DNA from: Verrucomicrobiota bacterium
Lineage (GTDB): Bacteria; Verrucomicrobiota; Verrucomicrobiia; Chthoniobacterales; JAFAMB01
NCBI GenBank assembly: GCA_041167675.1
Contig: JBEEIB010000301.1
Span: 20,287 to 84,286 of the forward strand
Direction: 5' to 3'
DNA: 64,000 nucleotides
Below the pieces are notes generated by a model. The model did not search any database. It saw only the letters and a program-made list of their open reading frames with translations, and was not told where the DNA came from. This document shows positions 49,571 through 59,878 of this stretch, piece by piece (position 1 is the first letter of the stretch; the number at the start of each line of letters is the position of its first letter). The translations under genes were made by a program, and so were the position numbers.

Positions 49571-50571
49571 GGTGCGCTCCTCCAAATAGTTTCCCCTAAA
49601 ATAGTGCCAACCCCCAGCAGAACCACTCCCGCTCCGACGAACCAGGAAAAATAGTCCCGATAATGTTGAGTCTGTCGAACATCCATTTCGGTCTTCTCCA
49701 AACGATTGATCGCGCTGAAAATCGCTTCCATGCCTCTCGTATCGGTCGCTCGGAAGAATTGACCACGGCCAATGTCCGCAATTCTTCTACAGGTGTCCTC
49801 CTGAAACGGCATGTATTCCTCGGTATAGAATTTATTTCCGAACCGATCAGTTTCCGGAAAAGGCACCAATCCATTTGTGCCGGTACCGATTGTGTAAATT
49901 TTGATGCCAACCGCAGCGGCTGCCTCTGCTGCTGTGTACGGAGGAACGGAGCCGGCGTTGTTGTCACCATCTGTTAATAAAACGATAACTCGGCTCTTGG
50001 CCTTGCGATCCCGCAGTCGGTTGGCAGCGCTCACCAAAGCGGATCCGATTGCGGTGCCGTCCTCGGTGAGGCCGATCTGTAGCCGGCTGAGGTTCGCGAG
50101 CAGCCAGGTATGATCCAGGGTAAGCGGACTGACCAGAAATGGGCGGCCGGCAAACGCAATCACTCCGATTCGATCGTTGGGCCGCCCTTCAATGAACCGT
50201 TCCGTCACCTGCTTCACCACATCGATACGACTCGCTCGCTCGCCTCCAATGGTAAAATCTTCCGACAACATCGAGCGAGACACATCCAGCAAGAGCATCA
50301 CATCAATGCCGCTGGCGTGAATCTGGGAGCTGGTAGTGCCGAACTGGGGACGCGCCAAACCAAAAATGAGGCTGAGAATAGCGGAATAAAAAAGTATCCT
50401 TTGGATGAAGATTCGCTTCCATCCAGCCGATTTCAGCCCATTTCGAAAAACGCGAACTGGCCCAAACTGAAGGCTAGGCGATTTCATTCGCCGCTGGCAG
50501 AACCAAATCAGAGGCAGCGCAAAGAGAAGTAACAAGAACCAGCTTTGCTCAAATCGGAAGTGCATGGTCAA
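49567..50571 (-). CDS. BatA-like vWA domain protein
   Basis: LARPQ, DVSRSM.SED, PLTLDH, DGTAIGSAL, LLTDGDNNAG, FFRATD. Confidence 0.9.
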   Translation of the reverse strand: MTMHFRFEQSWFLLLLFALPLIWFCQRRMKSPSLQFGPVRVFRNGLKSAGWKRIFIQRILFYSAILSLIFGLARPQFGTTSSQIHASGIDVMLLLDVSRSMLSEDFTIGGERASRIDVVKQVTERFIEGRPNDRIGVIAFAGRPFLVSPLTLDHTWLLANLSRLQIGLTEDGTAIGSALVSAANRLRDRKAKSRVIVLLTDGDNNAGSVPPYTAAEAAAAVGIKIYTIGTGTNGLVPFPETDRFGNKFYTEEYMPFQEDTCRRIADIGRGQFFRATDTRGMEAIFSAINRLEKTEMDVRQTQHYRDYFSWFVGAGVVLLGVGTILGETIWRSAP

Positions 50572-51074
50572 ACGGTCTCGTCGATCCAGGCCGTCGCCTG
50601 ACGCAGTAAGTTAATCGGTGCTGTTGCAATTGTTGCTCGCGCGAATTTGAGCCGATCGCAACCCTGGAGAAACTCTTGCAGACGCTCTCTCTGCCCGGCA
50701 GCGAATAATCTCTGTGGTGCGGTATGCATCAAAAATTCTTCCGTCGATTGCCGGCACGCTCGCAGCCCATATTGGCGCTCGAGAAAACCCCGCAGAATCC
50801 ACGAAATTCGAAATGCGGCTTCAGGTGGGTCGAGGGTTGCGATTTCGCCATCCAGTCTGGTTAATTCAGAGTGCGCCCATTCCTTGGGCAGGATGGGAGG
50901 CAGGACGACCTTTCCTCGGTTCGGCCAAAAGGCATAGGCAAGTAAGGCGACTACCAGCAAGGCGGTCAGGATGCCGACAATTCCCCAGAGCGGATGCTGA
51001 GCAATCGGTGGTCGGATATCCTCGATATCCTGGACGATCTCAGTCAGACCGAGGAAAATGAAATGAGTCATCAT
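50568..51074 (-). CDS. DUF4381-like Bat operon membrane protein
   Basis: IEDIRPP, single TM, LR.FLE, STEEFL, CDRLKFA. Confidence 0.75.
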   Translation of the reverse strand: MMTHFIFLGLTEIVQDIEDIRPPIAQHPLWGIVGILTALLVVALLAYAFWPNRGKVVLPPILPKEWAHSELTRLDGEIATLDPPEAAFRISWILRGFLERQYGLRACRQSTEEFLMHTAPQRLFAAGQRERLQEFLQGCDRLKFARATIATAPINLLRQATAWIDETV

Positions 51075-51961
51075 CTGATCCGGAGTAGCCGCTGACGGCG
51101 GACAAAAAAGCTCCGCAACGCGGGAAAATAATCTTGATCTGTTCTCAGCGGGATTATCCCGGCCTTTCCTCGCAAAAAGATTGCATCTCGATTCTTCCGC
51201 TGCTCGTCGGCTAGGCGAGCGAACTCGCGGCGGGCAGCAGTATTCGAGAAATCAATTTCCGATCTGACGCCAGTTTCTGGATCCTGTACTTCTACAATCC
51301 CGGCCGGCGGTAGTTGCCAGTCTCCAGGATCTTCGATCGGAACGGCAATCAGATCGTGTCTTCGCGCACAGATCGAGAACGGCTGCTCAAAGCCGTCCGC
51401 TTGAAAGTCGGATAACAGAAAAATCACTGCCTGCCGGGTGGTAACGCGATTAATGAACTCCAGCGGCTTCGCCAGATCGGTGCCGCGACCCTTCGGTTCG
51501 AAAAATAAAATCTCGCGTATTAGTCGGAGGGTATGGGTTCGTCCCTTCTTTGGCGGTATGTAAAGTTCGGTTTGATCGGTAAAGAGCAAGAGACCAACGT
51601 TGTCATTATTTCGGATCGCACAAAAAGCCAGGAGTGAAGCCACCTCCGCCGCCACCTCGCGCTTGCTTTCCGAAACGCTGCCGAAACCTCCGGAAGCGCT
51701 AATATCGACCAGCAACAAAACGGTGAGCTCGCGTTCTTCCACATATTTTCGTACGAATGCTTCCCCCATTCGAGCGGTAACGTTCCAATCGATTGAACGG
51801 ATTTCATCACCGACTTGGTAAGGACGAAAATCATCGAAATTCATCCCGCGCCCTCTGAAGACACTATGATACTGTCCCGCGAAAGCGGTTTCTACCATCC
51901 GCCGAGTGGTTAATTCCAACCGACGGATCTTTTTGATAATCTCTTTGGTTGAGCGCATCAA
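51071..51961 (-). CDS. DUF58 family protein
   Basis: G.YHSVFRGRGM.F...R.Y..GD..R.IDWNVTAR, EERE, DISAS, LSDF. Confidence 0.92.
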   Translation of the reverse strand: MMRSTKEIIKKIRRLELTTRRMVETAFAGQYHSVFRGRGMNFDDFRPYQVGDEIRSIDWNVTARMGEAFVRKYVEERELTVLLLVDISASGGFGSVSESKREVAAEVASLLAFCAIRNNDNVGLLLFTDQTELYIPPKKGRTHTLRLIREILFFEPKGRGTDLAKPLEFINRVTTRQAVIFLLSDFQADGFEQPFSICARRHDLIAVPIEDPGDWQLPPAGIVEVQDPETGVRSEIDFSNTAARREFARLADEQRKNRDAIFLRGKAGIIPLRTDQDYFPALRSFFVRRQRLLRIR

Positions 51962-52947
51962 GGCACCGGTAGGCCGGCGAAGATGCGTTGGACGATCGTG
52001 TCGCTCGTCACCTCTTCCGCCTCAGCCTCGTAGCTAACAATGATTCGATGGCGAAGAACGTCCGGCCCTATGGACTTTACATCGTGTGGTGTGACATATC
52101 CCCGACCTTCAATGAACGCGTGGGCACGGGCCGCCAGCGTCAAATAGATAGTGGCTCGCGGCGAAGCCCCGTAACGTACTAATCCCTCCATTCCCAGCTG
52201 ATAATCTCCCGGACGTCGCGTTGCCCAGATAAGATCGACGATGTAGTCCTTTACCCGGTCATCGATAAAGATGCGGTTCACAACGTCGCGAGACCGAATG
52301 ATCATATCTGGAGCGGCGACCCCCTGTACCGAAAAATTGGGCGCGGATGTGCCCATCAGATCTAAGATCTGGCGTTCTTCAGTCTTGCTGGGATAATCCA
52401 CGTTTAATTTCAGCATGAACCGATCCAACTGCGCTTCCGGTAGCTGATAGGTGCCTTCTTGTTCAAGGGGATTTTGGGTTGCCAGAACAAGAAAAGGGTC
52501 GGGTAAGAGATAGGACTGCTCTCCAATGGTCACCTGTCTCTCCTGCATCGCTTCCAATAAAGCGCTCTGTACCTTGGCCGGGGCCCGATTGATTTCGTCC
52601 GCCAATATGAGATTAGAAAAAATCGGGCCTAATTTTGGTCGAAAGTCTCCGTCCCGGGGATTGTAGATTAGCGTTCCGACAATGTCAGCCGGAAGAAGAT
52701 CTGGCGTAAATTGAAGTCGGCGGAATCCAGTCTGGATACAACCGGCCAAAGTCCGAATCGTGAGGGTTTTCGCCAATCCGGGAACACCTTCCAGCAAAAC
52801 GTGTCCATTTGCCAGCAGACCGATCAGTAGACGATCAACCAAATATCTTTGACCGACCACCACCCGTGAAATTTCGTTCTGGACGGCGCTAACCCACGTC
52901 CCCGCGGTCTTCACCTCCTCAGTTAGCGCTTCTGTAGAAATCGTCAT
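51958..52947 (-). CDS. moxR: MoxR family AAA+ ATPase
   Basis: HVLLEGVPGLAKT, QFTPDLLPAD, LADEINRAPAKVQSALLEAMQE, ATQNP.EQEGTY.LPEAQLDRF, GASPR. Confidence 0.95.
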   Translation of the reverse strand: MTISTEALTEEVKTAGTWVSAVQNEISRVVVGQRYLVDRLLIGLLANGHVLLEGVPGLAKTLTIRTLAGCIQTGFRRLQFTPDLLPADIVGTLIYNPRDGDFRPKLGPIFSNLILADEINRAPAKVQSALLEAMQERQVTIGEQSYLLPDPFLVLATQNPLEQEGTYQLPEAQLDRFMLKLNVDYPSKTEERQILDLMGTSAPNFSVQGVAAPDMIIRSRDVVNRIFIDDRVKDYIVDLIWATRRPGDYQLGMEGLVRYGASPRATIYLTLAARAHAFIEGRGYVTPHDVKSIGPDVLRHRIIVSYEAEAEEVTSDTIVQRIFAGLPVP

Positions 52948-53212
52948 AAAGGTCTTTTGATAGGATGCAACAAAAGGCTTCTCGAAGAAAACGCAAACAC
53001 CCGTTGACTTCTTGTTCGAGGCCCAGCGAGCACCAAGATAGCTTCGAGCGACCGACTGGCTGGAGGCGGTTGGGCAGCCGCCTCTGATGGCCAGTTTATG
53101 ATCGCCAACGTTTTACAATGATCTCCAAAGTGAGGTACATCGCTTTTCAATCCACCAGCTGCGATTGGAATTGGGTTGAAACCGTGCTGAAAATTCCGCA
53201 TTTTGAAGCAGT

Positions 53213-54502
53213 TTGTATCCGACTCCCTGGCAGAGGAAAACCCTTTGGAGTGCGATCACTTGCGTCTCTCTCATAGTGATCGCGGCGGTTATTTTCTTAA
53301 CCGCGTTGGTGGCGACCCGGACCGTCCTTTTTTTACAGCCTCTTTTGGTACCGTTTGCGATCGCCGGCGTTCTTTCCTATCTGCTCGAACCGCTGGTCAG
53401 CTGGCTCGCCCGGCGCGGTTTACCTCGGCTTATCGCGGTCATTATCGTATTTGCCGTCTTCGTTTTGGGCGGAAGCCTCTTATTTATTGGGATTGGTCCG
53501 TCAGTCTCATTTGAGAGCCAGAAATTTTTCACCGCCCTGCCGGGTTATTTGGAGAGAAGCTGGGGCTTATTCGACGATTACCTGGAACATAGTCTGACCA
53601 AAATACCTCAGCTAGGACCCCAGCTAGGACCCCGGCAACCGGACACAAATCCGGCGCCTAGCCCTCCGCCTGATTCCATTACTTCTCCCGGCCCGACGGT
53701 GAGCCCAATTCCCGGTAGTGCTTTTGAGCGTTACCGAGACAACCCCTATGTCCAGCAATCGCTGCAGTATCTAAAGGATCAGCTGCCGGCGCTTGCTCAG
53801 CAGACATGGACATTCATCCAGACGAGCTTGACCGGGGTGTTCGGCGTTTTTGGCTATGTCTTCGGCCTTTTTATTGTACCGATTTATCTGTTCTTCTTTC
53901 TCAAAGAGAGTCCGCGCATTGCGTCGTCTTGGAGTAACTTTCTGCCGATTCGGAATTCGGAATTCAAAGACGAAGTTGTCACCGTTCTTACCGAGATCAA
54001 CGGCTACCTGATTGCTTTCTTTAGGGGCCAATTGGTGGTTAGCCTGATCGATGGCACCCTGGTTGCCGCCGGTTTGTCGATCGTCGGGCTCCAGTTCGGG
54101 TTCTTGATCGGGATTTTCTTAGCCTTCATCGGGATCATTCCCTACGTCGGCTACGTTGTCTGTTACGTTCCCGCGATGATCATTGCTTTCGTGCAGTTCA
54201 ATGATTTTGCCCACCCATTTTGGGTCACGGTCGTCTTCGTGATTGTATCGCAGATCGACGGAATGGTCGTAGCGCCGCGCGTTGTCGGCAATTCCGTTGG
54301 CCTGCACCCGATCACGGTGATTTTCTCGGTTTTTTTCTGGACACTGGTTTTTGGCGGACTAGTGGGTGCGGTCCTGGCTATTCCGCTCACCGCTACGGTC
54401 AAAGTGTTGATGCAGCGTTATGTTTGGGAGCGTCGCCGGAATCTGTTTTTCGACAAGGTCGATCCCAAGGACGAAGATAGCGAGATCGAGATCGCTACGT
54501 GA
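53213..54502 (+). CDS. AI-2E family transporter (PerM/TqsA-like)
   Basis: PFAIA..LSYLLEP.V, YLFFFLKE, FFRGQL, IPYVG, PRVVG.SVGLHP, G.VGAVLAIP. Confidence 0.9.
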   Translation: MYPTPWQRKTLWSAITCVSLIVIAAVIFLTALVATRTVLFLQPLLVPFAIAGVLSYLLEPLVSWLARRGLPRLIAVIIVFAVFVLGGSLLFIGIGPSVSFESQKFFTALPGYLERSWGLFDDYLEHSLTKIPQLGPQLGPRQPDTNPAPSPPPDSITSPGPTVSPIPGSAFERYRDNPYVQQSLQYLKDQLPALAQQTWTFIQTSLTGVFGVFGYVFGLFIVPIYLFFFLKESPRIASSWSNFLPIRNSEFKDEVVTVLTEINGYLIAFFRGQLVVSLIDGTLVAAGLSIVGLQFGFLIGIFLAFIGIIPYVGYVVCYVPAMIIAFVQFNDFAHPFWVTVVFVIVSQIDGMVVAPRVVGNSVGLHPITVIFSVFFWTLVFGGLVGAVLAIPLTATVKVLMQRYVWERRRNLFFDKVDPKDEDSEIEIAT

Positions 54503-54505
54503 TGA

Positions 54506-54676
54506 AGAAGCCAGAAGCTAGAATTTAGAATCGAGAGCTATGGACCGGTGACTCGGGACAACCGATTGCTGCGTGCGAGCGCCCTACGAGGATAGTGGAT
54601 GGCCGGTGCTGGCGTTTCCGTTCCACGGTTCGCAATTCTAAATTCTAGATTCTGGCTTCCGGCTTCTGGCCTCTAG
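54506..54676. repeat. Inverted arrays of 7-bp AGAA[GT]NN repeats between convergent genes
   Basis: AGAAGCC AGAAGCT AGAATTT AGAATCG at 54506-54533 and the complementary array at about 54632-54676. Confidence 0.75.
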
Positions 54677-54685
54677 TCTCTCGCC

Positions 54686-56038
54686 TCACATGTGCGCGAT
54701 GATGTTATCGCCGAATTCGGAGCACTTGATCTCAGTTGCTCCCTCCATCAGCCGAGCAAAATCGTATGTGACTCGTTTGCTGGTAATCGCTCCATTGAGG
54801 CCTCGAATGATGAGGTGCGCCGCTTCAGTCCAGCCCAGGTGACGTAACATCATTTCACCGGAAAGCACCACCGAGCCAGGATTGACCCGATCGAGATTTG
54901 CGTATTTTGGAGCAGTACCGTGGGTAGCCTCGAAAATAGCGTGTCCCGTATGATAGTTGATATTTCCGCCGGGAGCGATGCCGATTCCTCCGACCTGGGC
55001 AGCCAAGGCGTCGGACAAGTAATCGCCGTTAAGGTTAAGGGTAGCGATCACGTCGAAGTCGTCTGGCCGAGTCAAAACCTGCTGTAACGTGATATCGGCA
55101 ATGGCGTCTTTCACGATGATTTTGCCTTCGGCCTGCGCGGCTTTCAACTCATCATTAGCGGCCTTTTCGCCCTGAGCGGCTTTGGTCTTTTCCCACCGAG
55201 CCCAGGAGTAAGTCTGATCCTTAAACTGCGTGTCAGCCAGTTCGTAACCCCAATCGCGAAATGCTCCTTCGGTAAATTTCATGATGTTCCCTTTGTGGAC
55301 CAGGGTGACCGATTTTCTCTTCGCTTCAATCGCATAGCGGATCGCGGCCGCGACCAAACGATTGGAACCGAGGCGGCTCACCGGTTTGATACCGATACCG
55401 ACTTCCATTTCGGTCCGGCCCAATGTGGGCTCAAAACTGAGGAATCCTTTTATCGCTTTCTCGGTTCCAAACCGGACTTTGGCGAATTCCTTCGGAAATT
55501 CTTTCTCCAGGATGCTGAGAAACTTCTGCGCCTCGGGTGAACCAGCTCGAAATTCGATCCCGGCGTAAATGTCTTCGGTGTTTTCTCGAAATATCACCAT
55601 GTTTACCTTCTCCGGATGGCGAACTGGAGAAGGCACCCCTTGGAACCATTGCACAGGCCGAAGGCAAACATACAGGTCGAGAAGTTGTCGCAGAGCAACA
55701 TTGAGTGAACGGATGCCGCCGCCGACCGGGGTGGTCAACGGCCCTTTGATACCGACCAAAAACTCTTTAAATGCCTGAACGGTATCGTCCGGTAGCCAAG
55801 TGTCGAACTTCTGTTTGGCAGTCTCTCCGGCAAAAACCTCGAACCAGGAAATGCGTCTTCGTGCCCCGTAGGCCTTCTCGACCGCCGCATTAAACACTCG
55901 CTCGCTGGCTGCCCAAATGTCACTGCCGGTCCCATCGCCGCGGATGAAAGGAATCACCGGATTGTCCGGACAGTGAATCTTACCGTTTTCAATCGTGACT
56001 TTGCCACCGGCCGGTGGCTGGACAGTTTGATATGACAT
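54686..56038 (-). CDS. icd: NADP-dependent isocitrate dehydrogenase
   Basis: [69 protein letters not shown]. Confidence 0.97.
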   Translation of the reverse strand: MSYQTVQPPAGGKVTIENGKIHCPDNPVIPFIRGDGTGSDIWAASERVFNAAVEKAYGARRRISWFEVFAGETAKQKFDTWLPDDTVQAFKEFLVGIKGPLTTPVGGGIRSLNVALRQLLDLYVCLRPVQWFQGVPSPVRHPEKVNMVIFRENTEDIYAGIEFRAGSPEAQKFLSILEKEFPKEFAKVRFGTEKAIKGFLSFEPTLGRTEMEVGIGIKPVSRLGSNRLVAAAIRYAIEAKRKSVTLVHKGNIMKFTEGAFRDWGYELADTQFKDQTYSWARWEKTKAAQGEKAANDELKAAQAEGKIIVKDAIADITLQQVLTRPDDFDVIATLNLNGDYLSDALAAQVGGIGIAPGGNINYHTGHAIFEATHGTAPKYANLDRVNPGSVVLSGEMMLRHLGWTEAAHLIIRGLNGAITSKRVTYDFARLMEGATEIKCSEFGDNIIAHM

Positions 56039-56237
56039 AAAAATTTGGATGAAACCGGTCTCGCGAACGGTTGGGAATTATTCCGTCACCCAAAAAATTA
56101 GCCAACGCAAATAGAAACCGCAGTGCGTTTTGACGGCCGTGACCTCCGAGTTTGGAGGCGTGAAATTCCACGTTTTGGGGTGGGGGGTGCTTTATTTGCA
56201 AATGTCACCCCCTGTGCTTTACTGCCCAGGCCATAAG

Positions 56238-56250
56238 TTAACCTCGTTAA
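56238..56250. promoter_or_regulatory. Candidate MarR autoregulatory operator
   Basis: TTAAC-CTC-GTTAA dyad just upstream of the MarR ATG (56265). Confidence 0.4.
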
Positions 56251-56264
56251 ATTTCTATCTTGCT

Positions 56265-56741
56265 ATGATTGTTACTGAGCCGAGGGAGGAAACCGAAATC
56301 CATGCGCAAGCAGAGGAGTTGGCTCAGATTCTGATGAAATTGCAGCGGTCTTTTCTTGCTCATCTTTCGGCGGAATTGAGCCGAGGCAGTGTCTCTTTCC
56401 CGCAGTACTTCCTCCTGACCTATTTGGAGCACAAGGAAGTCATCAGCATGTCCGAGATTGCGGCAAAAATGGGGCACACGACTGCCGCAGCTACCGGGCT
56501 GGTCGATCGGCTGGAGCGACTGGGATATGTACATCGTGCACATGCAGTGGACGACCGGCGCAAAGTGATGGTAAGGATCACGCGCAAAGGATCGAACCTG
56601 GTAACGCGAATCCGTCAAGACATGGTGGACACAATCACGCTTCTGTTGAAAGAACATCTTACCGCCGAACAAGGCAGGACCTGGTTAGAGGTCTATCGGA
56701 AAATTACGCAGTTTTGCGATACAACCGTAAACAAAGAATGA
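56265..56741 (+). CDS. MarR family transcriptional regulator
   Basis: MSEIA......AAATGLVDRLE..GYV.R....DDRRKV.V.IT.KG. Confidence 0.93.
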   Translation: MIVTEPREETEIHAQAEELAQILMKLQRSFLAHLSAELSRGSVSFPQYFLLTYLEHKEVISMSEIAAKMGHTTAAATGLVDRLERLGYVHRAHAVDDRRKVMVRITRKGSNLVTRIRQDMVDTITLLLKEHLTAEQGRTWLEVYRKITQFCDTTVNKE

Positions 56742-58312
56742 GAATCTCTTTATTCGCCTTAATCCCATTGACCGGATTCACTGCCTCGCTTTTGGCCGGC
56801 GAGTCAAACGGAGGCTATCGCAGTCACGCTTTGACGATCGACGAGGCGGTCCAGATAGCGATCAAGCAAAACCCAAATATTCTGCGGCAGGTTCAGGAAT
56901 TGAAACGCAACAAAGGATTAGTCTATGAAGCGCAGGCGAGATTGTTGCCGCAGGTGACCGCCAGCACCAGCTACACGCAGACCGACCCGGGACTGGTGTC
57001 GAATACGACTGGTGGTGGGAGAACAAACCTCGATTTGGTTACTACGCAAGGTATTGCTTTTCCCCTCAGCTCACTTCTTTCCAGCCAACGGTCGGCCACC
57101 GAGAATTGGACGGTGCAAATCCAAGTGACCCAATTGCTTTACGACGGCGGAGCCACTATCGCTTCGCGGAGAGCGGCCCGGATCAATGAGGATGCGGCAT
57201 ATTACACTTTGCGAGATACCATCGATTCGACAGTGGAAACGGTGCGAACGCAGTTCTACCAGATCCTTCTCAATAAGGCGCTGGTCCAGGTCCAGGAAGA
57301 GTCAGTCAACCTGCTGCAAAGCCAATTGGAAGATCAGAAAAGCCGGTTTGAAGCGGGGACTGTACCTCAGTTCAACGTGCTGCAAGCTCAATCACAGCTG
57401 CAGAATCAGATCCCGCTACTGATTCAAGCTCAGAACAATTATCGGATCTCTATGGTCCAGCTGGCCAAAACTCTCGGCATTCCGGCCGGTCGCCAATATT
57501 CCACCGATGAACCATTGCCGGTTGCCGGCCGACTTACGTACACGCAGATCAAGTATGATTTATCCAGCGCGCTGATTACGGCGCGAGCAAATCGTCCATT
57601 TCTCAAGGCCCAAAGATCAAACGTACTTTCCAGTGTCGAGCAGGTCACCGTTTCCGCCTCCGGTTGGAAACCAACGATTTCGGCTAATATCGGGCTCAGG
57701 CAGACAAATAGTCCTCGAAGCGCTCAATTGGATAATACCCTGCAAGGCTGGTTTTTCGGATTCACCGGGTCCTGGAATATCTTTGACGGCGGCAATACTT
57801 ATGGAAGCGTGAAAGCCGCTCGAGCGAGCTTGGAAGAGAACAAGGTCACCTTGGATGACTCGACCCGGCAGGTTGAGCTCGACGTATCGACTGCTGTCGA
57901 CAATCTGCGGAATGCGCAAGAGACTATCGCGGCATCGGAAACGGCGGTTCAAGTCTCGCAAGAAGCCCTCCGCTTGTCCAATGAACGTTTAGCGGCCGGA
58001 ACCGGCACGCAGTTGGATGTTCTCACCCAGCAGACTGCGCTGACCACCAGTCGTTCCAACTTGGTTACGGCCCAGTTCAACTACATTGCCGCGGTGGCCC
58101 AATTCCAGTTCGCAACGGGTACTGAGACCAAATACAACGATACGTTTGATAGCCCAGATAAGCGGCCTTTGACATTAACCAACGGGGAAGCGAATAAGGC
58201 GCTCCGTTCTCGGTATGACTCTCCATTGGATCCGTGTAAACCCGCTACCACCAAGGCTAAGAAAGAATCTTTGACCCCGCCATTGGGCAAAATCGAGTTC
58301 TCTAACGATTAA
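56738..58312 (+). CDS. TolC family outer membrane protein
   Basis: LT.DEAV..A..NP, A.LLP.V, QLLYDGG, RFEAG, W.IFDGG, R..AG.GT.LDV. Confidence 0.92.
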   Translation: MRISLFALIPLTGFTASLLAGESNGGYRSHALTIDEAVQIAIKQNPNILRQVQELKRNKGLVYEAQARLLPQVTASTSYTQTDPGLVSNTTGGGRTNLDLVTTQGIAFPLSSLLSSQRSATENWTVQIQVTQLLYDGGATIASRRAARINEDAAYYTLRDTIDSTVETVRTQFYQILLNKALVQVQEESVNLLQSQLEDQKSRFEAGTVPQFNVLQAQSQLQNQIPLLIQAQNNYRISMVQLAKTLGIPAGRQYSTDEPLPVAGRLTYTQIKYDLSSALITARANRPFLKAQRSNVLSSVEQVTVSASGWKPTISANIGLRQTNSPRSAQLDNTLQGWFFGFTGSWNIFDGGNTYGSVKAARASLEENKVTLDDSTRQVELDVSTAVDNLRNAQETIAASETAVQVSQEALRLSNERLAAGTGTQLDVLTQQTALTTSRSNLVTAQFNYIAAVAQFQFATGTETKYNDTFDSPDKRPLTLTNGEANKALRSRYDSPLDPCKPATTKAKKESLTPPLGKIEFSND

Positions 58313-58320
58313 GGAAGGGA

Positions 58321-58980
58321 TTGAAGGAGACGCTCCCAGTTCAGTTCTTTCCTGCGCTATCTGAGGCCGGGGCCGTTGAGCACGGATTTATTCTGCGGAT
58401 TCCCGGCTTGGATGTCCAGACCGACCGGGAATCCGCGTTACAACGGCTGGAGCATTACCATCGTGACCAGTTAGCGTCGATCGGAACTCGATCGCTTAGG
58501 TTAGCCGAACAGATTCACGGTAATGGCGTAGCTACGATCGATGCCGGATCGGCGGCAAAGACCAAGGAGGTCGATGGCTTGGTTACAATGGATCCGAACG
58601 TTGTCCTCGGGATTTATGTCGCGGATTGCTGCGCCGTCTTTCTGGTGGATCCCATTCGTCGAGCGATCGGGCTCGTGCACTCGGGCAAAAAAGGGACGGA
58701 GCGAAATATCGTGGGAGCAGCAATTCGAAAATTGCGGAACGAGTTTCATTCTGAGTCCAAGGATTTGATTGCCGTGCTGAGTCCCTGCATTCGACCGCCA
58801 TATTACGAAGTCGATTTTGCCCAGTCGATCGTGGCCCAAATCCGGGCCGAAAATGTCAGCAAAATTTATGATGACGGAGAAAATACCGGGTCTGACCTCG
58901 AGCGATTCTACTCTTACCGGATGGAAAAGGGACGAACCGGACGAATGCTGGCCTATCTGGCCTTGCGAGATAGTTCTTAG
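58321..58980 (+). CDS. PgeF/YfiH (laccase-domain, purine nucleoside phosphorylase-like) protein
   Basis: QIHG, DGLVT, YVADC, HSG, SP.I...YEV, FYSYR...GRM. Confidence 0.88.
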   Translation: MKETLPVQFFPALSEAGAVEHGFILRIPGLDVQTDRESALQRLEHYHRDQLASIGTRSLRLAEQIHGNGVATIDAGSAAKTKEVDGLVTMDPNVVLGIYVADCCAVFLVDPIRRAIGLVHSGKKGTERNIVGAAIRKLRNEFHSESKDLIAVLSPCIRPPYYEVDFAQSIVAQIRAENVSKIYDDGENTGSDLERFYSYRMEKGRTGRMLAYLALRDSS

Positions 58981-59011
58981 CCGCTGGGCTACCTGTCCGG
59001 GTTCGTCGACA

Positions 59012-59670
59012 TTACTGAGGCGGCCCGCGCCCTCTTCTCTTAGTCCGGACGCTGTGTAGTCGCTCCGTAAAACCGCCCTTTTCAACAAAAGCGGCAGCCA
59101 ACGAAGCGATCTGTCGGTCCAGAAGACTGCATGCTACCGCAATCAGAACAAGTGCCGCATTTGCGGCGAGTTCTCGATAGCTGGACCGTTTGGACTTGGC
59201 GGACGGCGTGGACCTGTTGGACGGTCCACAATGTTCATGTTGTCCATTGTGTCCATGCCAGTTCCCGAACCCAATCCGCTACGGCGTCAGCCGTGGCACA
59301 ACGTTTGGCAATCAGTTCATCTTCGCCGCGGATCTTCGCGGCTCCACTGCTCCAGCCTGCGTTGGCGCAAGTAGTCTTCATAGTCGAGTCGGAGTTCTTC
59401 CAGGCTGGCGCGCGCCACATTCGTCAGCTTTAGCTCTGTTTTTTTCGAAGTAGCGCTGGCCTTGCTTCCTTCAGCGATATTTTGTGCGCCACTGCGCGCA
59501 GCTTGCACCATCTGATCGTGGGTACGGTCGCGCCTGTCACGTACCGATCGCAGAAACGCACCGTCCCATCGAAGCAGAGCTGAGCTACCTGAAAGCTTTT
59601 GAGTTTTCGATAACCGCCGTGGACTGGAATCAAATCCTCGGCGGACTTCGATAGGTTCCGGATCTTTCAT
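59012..59670 (-). pseudogene. Four-helix-bundle (23S rRNA IVP/bAvd-like) protein with suffix domain, four frameshifts
   Basis: Joined frames: LIPVHGGYRKLKSFQVAQL..D.TVRFCDRY / RDRTHDQMVQAARSG.QNIAEGS...SKKTELKLTNVARASLEELRLDYED / LIAKRCATADAV / YRELAANAALVLIAVACSLLDRQ......F...GGFTERL; shifts near 59650, 59539, 59322, 59260. Confidence 0.85.
59182..59255. repeat. 9-bp-period inverted repeat array inside the four-helix-bundle gene
   Basis: (T/C)GGAC at 59182, 59191, 59200, 59209, 59218 followed by GT(C/T)CA at 59224, 59233, 59242, 59251. Confidence 0.85.
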
Positions 59671-59878
59671 CGCGTTAGAATATTGGTATCGGATTAGGGG
59701 GGCGATCCCTCAGCAGATATAATAATACATATATAAAGAGTTGTATTTAGGTCACGATGAAATTCGATAACCTTTGTCGCTTGCCATTGGCTAGGCATTC
59801 ACTAATCACCTCCCAGCAATCGGTTCTGCTTCCTGAGCCACGAAGATCGGGCGGCCTCGCATTATCTGCTATCTCCCC

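Noticed and set aside
53609-53632. 12-bp tandem duplication CAGCTAGGACCC x2 (QLGPQLGP)
   Set aside because: In-frame slippage in a Pro-rich linker; the LGP match to the repeat peptide is most likely coincidental
59012-59670. Diversity-generating retroelement suggested by the Avd-like gene
   Set aside because: No reverse transcriptase and no TR/VR pair with adenine-specific differences; the radC repeat differences are not A-specific
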